A stretch of DNA of 10,625 bases from Candidatus Thorarchaeota archaeon. GTDB lineage: Archaea; Asgardarchaeota; Thorarchaeia; Thorarchaeales; Thorarchaeaceae. Where the stretch lies: contig JBHLRQ010000106.1 of NCBI GenBank assembly GCA_048882385.1, positions 1-10,625 of the forward strand. The letters are read 5' to 3'. The notes below the pieces were generated by a model, which was not told the origin of the DNA, searched no databases, and saw only the letters and a list, made by a program, of their open reading frames with translations. A program made the translations under genes and the position numbers. This document shows, piece by piece, positions 5,512 through 10,625 of the stretch (positions within the stretch are counted from its first letter, which is position 1; the number at the start of each line of letters is the position of its first letter).

Positions 5512-6789
5512 TTGGAGCTTTGCACATTGAGGGATGCGCAGGATATTCAATCAAGGGTTAAGCATATCCTTGAAAGGATGTTAGACATACCCAGAATACT
5601 CACCCGTCCAGCTCCGTCAATCGCAGAAGGTGGACAACGAAGGAGAGCAAGGTTTCTCAGATTTGCTTTGTTCACTGGAGTTTGTGCATTTCCGATTCTT
5701 CAGATTACAAGTGAAATGATACTAGGTTATCCTCTCTACTTGATTTTGACTGTCATTGCAGCTGGGATCTATCTTCTGAGTGGTACAAGTCACCTACGAC
5801 TTGCATCAGCATTGACAATAATACTAACAGCATGCATCCCGTTCATATCAATTCCAGTCTATCCACTATGGTCGATGGGAGACCTTGCAATGCAAATCTT
5901 GACATGGCCAGTGCTTTCGATACTCTTAGGAACCCAACTGATTTCAATAAAGAAGCAATCATTACTGGTTGGTGGCATGTCCACAGCACTGCTACTTCTA
6001 TCTCTTTCACACCCAGGGATATTCATTCAAGATGCTGTGGAGCTGATCGCAGTATATCTTGCTATCTCAATCTTTCTGATGTTCACATCATGGAATCAGG
6101 ATTACTACTCAACTGGTCTTGAAAGAAGTAATAGAACCCTTGAAGCGAGAAGAAAAGAATTGGAGATTTACACAAGCTTGTTGAGACATGATCTAGGCAA
6201 TGATATTCAAATGATCCTAGGAGGAATTGAATTATCGCAAGTATCTGCTGGAGAATACAAGCAGAAGGCATATCTTGAGTCCACACTGGCAGCAGCTGAG
6301 AGAATGAGAAGCTTGCTTCAAATGTTTTCATTGACTGAATCAGAGCTCAACACTGACATAGTAACAGTACTTGAAAAAATAAGCCAACGAGCTGAGATCG
6401 CGTTTAAAGGAATGCTTGTTTCAGTTGAAGCCTCAGACAGTGTAAGAAGGAACCCACCAAGGTACGGAAGGCTTGTTGCTCTTGCTTTCGAAAACCTACT
6501 TCGTAACTCAGCACAACATGCTGGAGATCATCCCAGCGTGGAAATATCATTATCCCAGTCAGGAGATACACTTGAGGTTCTCTTTGGGGATGATGGTCCT
6601 GGAATTGATCCTGAAATCCTAGAGGAACTGTTTGAGAAAGGCATTACCACTGGTGATAAAGGAAAAGGACTTGGTCTTTATCTCACAAAGACAATCATTG
6701 AGTCTGAAAATGGCTCAATTGAATTATTGAATCGCGAAAATCCAGGATGTTACTTTCTAATCAAACTCCCCTTCATTAATGGACCATAG
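5512..6789 (+). CDS. Membrane-bound sensor histidine kinase (about 6 TM, HisKA-like, HATPase_c)
   Basis: H-box LRHDLGND, N-box FENLLRNSAQHAG, G1 DDGPGI, F-box LFEKG and G2 GKGLGL. The start is uncertain: TTG 5512, TTG 5527 (9 nt after a GGAG) or ATG 5578. Confidence 0.93.
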   Translation: MELCTLRDAQDIQSRVKHILERMLDIPRILTRPAPSIAEGGQRRRARFLRFALFTGVCAFPILQITSEMILGYPLYLILTVIAAGIYLLSGTSHLRLASALTIILTACIPFISIPVYPLWSMGDLAMQILTWPVLSILLGTQLISIKKQSLLVGGMSTALLLLSLSHPGIFIQDAVELIAVYLAISIFLMFTSWNQDYYSTGLERSNRTLEARRKELEIYTSLLRHDLGNDIQMILGGIELSQVSAGEYKQKAYLESTLAAAERMRSLLQMFSLTESELNTDIVTVLEKISQRAEIAFKGMLVSVEASDSVRRNPPRYGRLVALAFENLLRNSAQHAGDHPSVEISLSQSGDTLEVLFGDDGPGIDPEILEELFEKGITTGDKGKGLGLYLTKTIIESENGSIELLNRENPGCYFLIKLPFINGP

Positions 6790-6855
6790 TATAGGTAGCA
6801 TATTCTGGGAAAGAATAAATGGCTTGATGTTCACCCAACAAAAGGGAGAAAGGTC

Positions 6856-8427
6856 TTGACTACTCTTCAAACTACTATATCAGATGTAACTGTCTTCCGG
6901 GATGCAGCTAGAATAACTAGAACTGGTAAAATAAAGCTGAATCCAGGTCCTCACAAAGTGTTGGTTTCAGACATATCAAACTATGCTCAGAACGACAGTT
7001 TCAGAGTGAAAGGAAAAGGCGCAGCGAAACTATCAAGCATAGATGTTCAAAGTGTGACGAATGTATTTGAACCATCAGCTGACATCAAACCACTTTATGA
7101 TGAATTGAAGGTTTTGGAAAAGAAACGCATAGAGATTCAGGATGAGATCGAATATCAGCAAAACCGTATGAATCAGGTTAATTCTATGGTTGCTGAATTC
7201 TCAAACCACTTTGGCATGGTAGTTGCAGCAAATGAAGGCGATTTAAAATCACTCAATGAAATGGATAAAAAAGCAGTTTCTTTAGCCAGTGAAATCCACA
7301 AAACGATAAGAAAGCTAAACGAGGAAATACGCGAACTGGATGACAAAATGCAGGTCATTAGGAATAACATCGGAAAATTAAATTCTGAAAGGAGAACAGT
7401 GTCGACCTATTCTGTTGAAGTTACTTTGGAAGTTTCAAAAACTTCCGACATAGAACTAGAGGTGACATATCAAACAGGAGGAGCGGGATGGACTCCAAGA
7501 TATGACGTAGACCTTTTGCCAGAAAGAGCTAATCTCCGTAGACTAGCACTAGTGCAGAACCGAACAGATGAGGATTGGAATGAGGTTAGCTTGACGGTGT
7601 CTACGGCAACAGCAAGACCAGTTGAAGCAATTGAAGGCAGTCCATTCTTTATCACAGCGTATGATCCAGCAGCAGTCCGATATGCTGAAAGTCGTGTACG
7701 AGACGATAGACGAATGAAAGGAGTACCAAAACCATCAGCTGTAGCAGGCATTGCGCCTCCTGCTCCTCCGCCAGAGATTGTTGAAGAATTCGCTGAGGCA
7801 GTTGAGACAGTTTCTGGGATTGCAGTCTATGAACTACCAAAGAAAATCACAATACTATCAGACTATGAGCGACATCCAGTAACACTCATTGAGGAAGAAA
7901 TGAAATCATCAACAGTGCATTATTGGTTTGCTGAGGAGATGTATGAAGTTGTAGCGCAAGATAAAGTCACGAATAACGATAGTGTGATTTTACCTGGAAA
8001 GGTCAAGGTGTTTTCCGAAGGAGATTATATTGGAGAAACTTCAATTGGTCAGATTTCACCTAGAGAGCAGTTCAAGATTGGAACAAGAGTTGCATACGAT
8101 GTAAAAGCAGAGAAGAAACTTGTTGAACGTGAGATGGAGAAAGCTGGAGTTCTTCGGGGAAAGCTTCGACGATCCTATCAGTACAAACTCGAGATACAGA
8201 GTTTCTCAAAGAGGAAAGTCGAGATAGATGTCTTTGACCGTATTCCACATAGTGTTAGTACACAAATCGATGTGAAAATGGATTGGGAGAAACTCAATCC
8301 GAAAAACCATGAGCTTGGTATCATAGAATGGCATCGAGAATTGGAGCCAAATGAGAAGAAGGTCATTGAATATAGCTATGAAGTAGTGTGGGATAGAGAT
8401 GTTACTATCAGTCCACCATTGCCATGA
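6856..8427 (+). CDS. DUF4140 + DUF4139 domain protein (TIGR02231 / mucoidy inhibitor MuiA-like family), copy 1
   Basis: N-terminal ISDVTVFRDAARITR and DSFRVKG, a long coiled coil, then LEVTY..GAGWTPRYD, VQNRTDEDW..V.L.VSTA, ILPGKV.VF..G.YIG, VFDRIP.S and G.IEW...L.P motifs. TTG start with GGGAG at 6844-6848. Confidence 0.9.
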   Translation: MTTLQTTISDVTVFRDAARITRTGKIKLNPGPHKVLVSDISNYAQNDSFRVKGKGAAKLSSIDVQSVTNVFEPSADIKPLYDELKVLEKKRIEIQDEIEYQQNRMNQVNSMVAEFSNHFGMVVAANEGDLKSLNEMDKKAVSLASEIHKTIRKLNEEIRELDDKMQVIRNNIGKLNSERRTVSTYSVEVTLEVSKTSDIELEVTYQTGGAGWTPRYDVDLLPERANLRRLALVQNRTDEDWNEVSLTVSTATARPVEAIEGSPFFITAYDPAAVRYAESRVRDDRRMKGVPKPSAVAGIAPPAPPPEIVEEFAEAVETVSGIAVYELPKKITILSDYERHPVTLIEEEMKSSTVHYWFAEEMYEVVAQDKVTNNDSVILPGKVKVFSEGDYIGETSIGQISPREQFKIGTRVAYDVKAEKKLVEREMEKAGVLRGKLRRSYQYKLEIQSFSKRKVEIDVFDRIPHSVSTQIDVKMDWEKLNPKNHELGIIEWHRELEPNEKKVIEYSYEVVWDRDVTISPPLP

Positions 8428-8439
8428 GGAGGTCAAAAA

Positions 8440-10038
8440 ATGAAAGAAATCGCTACTCATATCTCAACTGTTACAGTATTCAGAGATGGAGCTCGTGTTA
8501 GTAGAATAGGCAAGACTGAATTATCTGCAGGTGAACAGACGGTCAAGGTTTCAGGCATCACTAGATATGCAGAACCAGACAGTTTTCGAGTTAAAGGGAA
8601 GGGCAATGCAGTTCTTCGAGGAATCGATGTCAAACAAGTTAGTCACACATATGAACCAGAAGGAGATGTTAAAGAACTATACGAGAAACTCAAAGGTCTT
8701 GAAAGGGATCGAGCTGAGATAGAGGATGACATCCAAATGCAGACTTCAAGAGGTGAACGACTCAATCTCGTCATGAGCCAATTTAGTTCTGATTTTGGGA
8801 AATGGTACTCTGTCGGAGAAACACCACTGGAGCAGTTCACTAAAATGGACAAATCAACCAGCAGCCTAATACATGATTCAAAGGAAGCCATTCGTGAACT
8901 CCAGGAAAAATTGGAAAAGACAAATGCAGAAATTGCATCTGTTCAAAGGAATATCAATCGAATCCAAGGCCAAAGAAGAACTGAAACAATCAATGAAGTT
9001 CTAATCAATTTGGAAGTTAAGGAGAGTACTCCATTGGAGTTAGAAGTCACCTACCAACTCCAAAAAGCATCTTGGCAACCTACATACGACATAGACATTG
9101 GAGAACTCACAACTTCTGTCAAGAGAATCGCAGTTGTCAGAAATCAAACTCTCGAGGACTGGGAAGACGTGAATCTTGCTGTTTCTACGGCTTCAGCACA
9201 ACCAATTGAGGCTGTGGATCCGAGTCCATACTATGTAGATGTGTGGATTCCTCAACCAGCTGGATTTGGTATGGCAACATCCAGGTCTGCAGCTCCTGCT
9301 GAAATGAAAAAGGAGAAAGCTTACGATTTCGATGATGAACTTGAAGATGGATTGGTGAGCGAGCTCGCAGAAGAGCCAGCTCCAGATATCATTGAAGAAT
9401 ATGCAGAACCTGTAGAATCCTTGGGTGGTATAACAGTCTTTAATGTCCCCGGTGAGGTCTCAATTCCAGCGGACACTGATCCACATCCAGTTACCTTGAC
9501 ACTTGAAGAATTTGAATCTCGAAGATTGCACTTCTGGAATGCCGCTGCAATGGCGGAAGCTGTTGCGCAAGATGAAATCACAAATGGCGACTCTGTGCTA
9601 CTTCCAGGAAACGTAAATGTCTATGCAGCAGGGGATTTCATTGGAGAAACATACCTAAACATGCAAGCACCTAGAGAGAAGTTCAGATTGGGTACTCGAG
9701 TTGCTTACGATCTGAAGGTTGAAAAGAAGCTCATTGAGAAAGATACAGAGAAAGCAGGATTAACTCGAGGGAAAAAGAAACGTGGATACAAGTATTCTCT
9801 TGAGATAAAGAGCTATGCAAAACAGGACATCACAATCAAGGTTGTAGATGTCATACCTCACAGCAATTCAGAGAAAATTACTGTTGAACTCATTTCTCCA
9901 TCTTTGCCAATAAAGAAGGAAGAACTTGGTGTTCTCGAATGGGAAACTGCAATTGAAGCTGGTGCAGAACTTAAGATAGATTACGGATACGAGGTCGAGT
10001 GGGAGAAAGACGTTTCAATTAGGCCCCCACTTCCATAG
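8440..10038 (+). CDS. DUF4140 + DUF4139 domain protein (TIGR02231 / MuiA-like family), copy 2
   Basis: Collinear paralog of copy 1 (ISTVTVFRDGARVSR, DSFRVKGKG, LEVTYQ..ASWQPTYD, NQTLEDWEDV.L.VSTA, LLPGNV.VY..GDFIGET). GGAGGT ribosome site in the 12-bp gap after copy 1. Confidence 0.9.
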   Translation: MKEIATHISTVTVFRDGARVSRIGKTELSAGEQTVKVSGITRYAEPDSFRVKGKGNAVLRGIDVKQVSHTYEPEGDVKELYEKLKGLERDRAEIEDDIQMQTSRGERLNLVMSQFSSDFGKWYSVGETPLEQFTKMDKSTSSLIHDSKEAIRELQEKLEKTNAEIASVQRNINRIQGQRRTETINEVLINLEVKESTPLELEVTYQLQKASWQPTYDIDIGELTTSVKRIAVVRNQTLEDWEDVNLAVSTASAQPIEAVDPSPYYVDVWIPQPAGFGMATSRSAAPAEMKKEKAYDFDDELEDGLVSELAEEPAPDIIEEYAEPVESLGGITVFNVPGEVSIPADTDPHPVTLTLEEFESRRLHFWNAAAMAEAVAQDEITNGDSVLLPGNVNVYAAGDFIGETYLNMQAPREKFRLGTRVAYDLKVEKKLIEKDTEKAGLTRGKKKRGYKYSLEIKSYAKQDITIKVVDVIPHSNSEKITVELISPSLPIKKEELGVLEWETAIEAGAELKIDYGYEVEWEKDVSIRPPLP

Positions 10039-10041
10039 TAA

Positions 10042-10066
10042 ATGGTAGTGGTTTGCTACCTACCAT
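10042..10066. terminator. Hairpin between convergent stop codons (possible bidirectional terminator)
   Basis: ATGGTAG (10042-10048) is complementary to CTACCAT (10060-10066), with an alternative register GGTAG/CTACC (10056-10060). There is no strong U-tract. Confidence 0.3.
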
Positions 10067-10625
10067 CTACTCATCTCATCAATCACTGCTACAATTCTAT
10101 GCATCGCCAATCGATAGTTCTCAACTACAATGCTCTCATTGGGAGAATGGGCTTTGGAAAGGTAGTCGCCGCATCCGATAGAAACCATGGGTACATACTT
10201 GTTGAATAGATAGAGAGGACCAGAGCCTGGACTTGTCATGTGAATCTTCATATCTCCAAACACACGCTGGTTGGCTTCCTCTACTACTTTCACAAACGGA
10301 TGATCCACTGGTGTCTTTGCTGCAGGATATCCCTCAAAGTAAATAATCTTCACGTCCTCGAATCCCTTATCGTCAAGATGTTTCCGCAACTTCTTGTGAA
10401 CATCATTTGGGTGCATTCCCTCGACAAGGCGGAAGTCAATCTTACAGGATGCTTTTGCTGGCAATACAGTCATCGAGCCTTCTCCTTGGTATCCACTAGT
10501 AAGTCCGCAAATGTTAGCAGTAGGCTCTCCATAGTAGGCTTTCTTCAATTCATCACCAGACATTCCATTGAGAAACTCATCGATACCATATTCTTCCTTT
10601 AGAAGTTCCTCATTGAGGTCAACTT
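10060..10625 (-). CDS. M20/M25/M40 family metallopeptidase (ArgE/DapE/dipeptidase-like), C-terminal part; 5'-truncated by the window edge
   Basis: The frame stays open to the window end (VDLNEELLKEEYGIDEFLNGM...). Dimerisation-domain motifs PT.NICGL.SGYQGEG..TVLP.KA..KIDFRLV, then PGSGP and the C-terminal metal ligand AHSPNE. Confidence 0.93.
   Translation of the reverse strand, partial: VDLNEELLKEEYGIDEFLNGMSGDELKKAYYGEPTANICGLTSGYQGEGSMTVLPAKASCKIDFRLVEGMHPNDVHKKLRKHLDDKGFEDVKIIYFEGYPAAKTPVDHPFVKVVEEANQRVFGDMKIHMTSPGSGPLYLFNKYVPMVSIGCGDYLSKAHSPNESIVVENYRLAMHRIVAVIDEMSRW

Noticed and set aside
235-9581. Short alternative-frame and antisense ORFs in the track (235-498, 952-1173, 1501-1728, 2524-2784, 2724-2921, 2795-3124, 3191-3502, 4013-4384, 4231-4461, 5832-6122, 6083-6331, 7173-7370, 7470-7751, 7652-7840, 8178-8366, 8206-8460, 8531-8722, 8643-8891, 9321-9581)
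   Set aside because: All overlap well-supported genes and have no recognisable motifs. The Ser-rich ones are the expected antisense shadow of Glu/Asp-rich coding sequence.
6994-9711. Nucleotide direct repeats such as CACCTAGAGAG..GAGTTGC.TACGAT and GACAGTTT..GAGT.AAAGG.AA.GGC
   Set aside because: They are explained by paralogy of the two DUF4139 genes, not by a repeat array or CRISPR.
6792-10062. TAGGTAGCA at 6792-6800 (+) and 10054-10062 (-) flanking the DUF4139 pair like terminal inverted repeats
   Set aside because: The match is only 9 bp and one copy includes the M20 stop codon. There is no transposase or integrase, and I saw no target-site duplication.
10240-10602. 120-aa plus-strand ORF
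   Set aside because: It is antisense to the M20 peptidase and has no recognisable motif.

Overview
AT-rich, gene-dense prokaryotic window that looks archaeal: GGTGA/GGAGG ribosome sites, TATA/BRE-like promoters, TTG starts and a Rab-like small GTPase. An Asgard archaeon (possibly Thorarchaeia) is my inference, not a database result. Gene order: 5'-truncated DHA2-type MFS transporter (+); HtpX/Ste24-like M48 zinc protease with a large insertion carrying an EF-hand-like loop (-); Rab-like GTPase (-); thioredoxin-family protein (+); polytopic membrane protein with a very acidic tail (+); a 52-aa rubredoxin missing from the ORF track (+); a small coiled-coil protein (-); an orphan membrane histidine kinase (+); two tandem DUF4140/DUF4139 paralogs (+); and a 5'-truncated M20 peptidase (-). 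The most interesting candidates are the Rab-like GTPase next to the EF-hand M48 protease, and the paired signal-peptide-less DUF4139 proteins. Several intergenic palindromes and hairpins are also notable. I saw no tRNA, rRNA, CRISPR array or mobile element.
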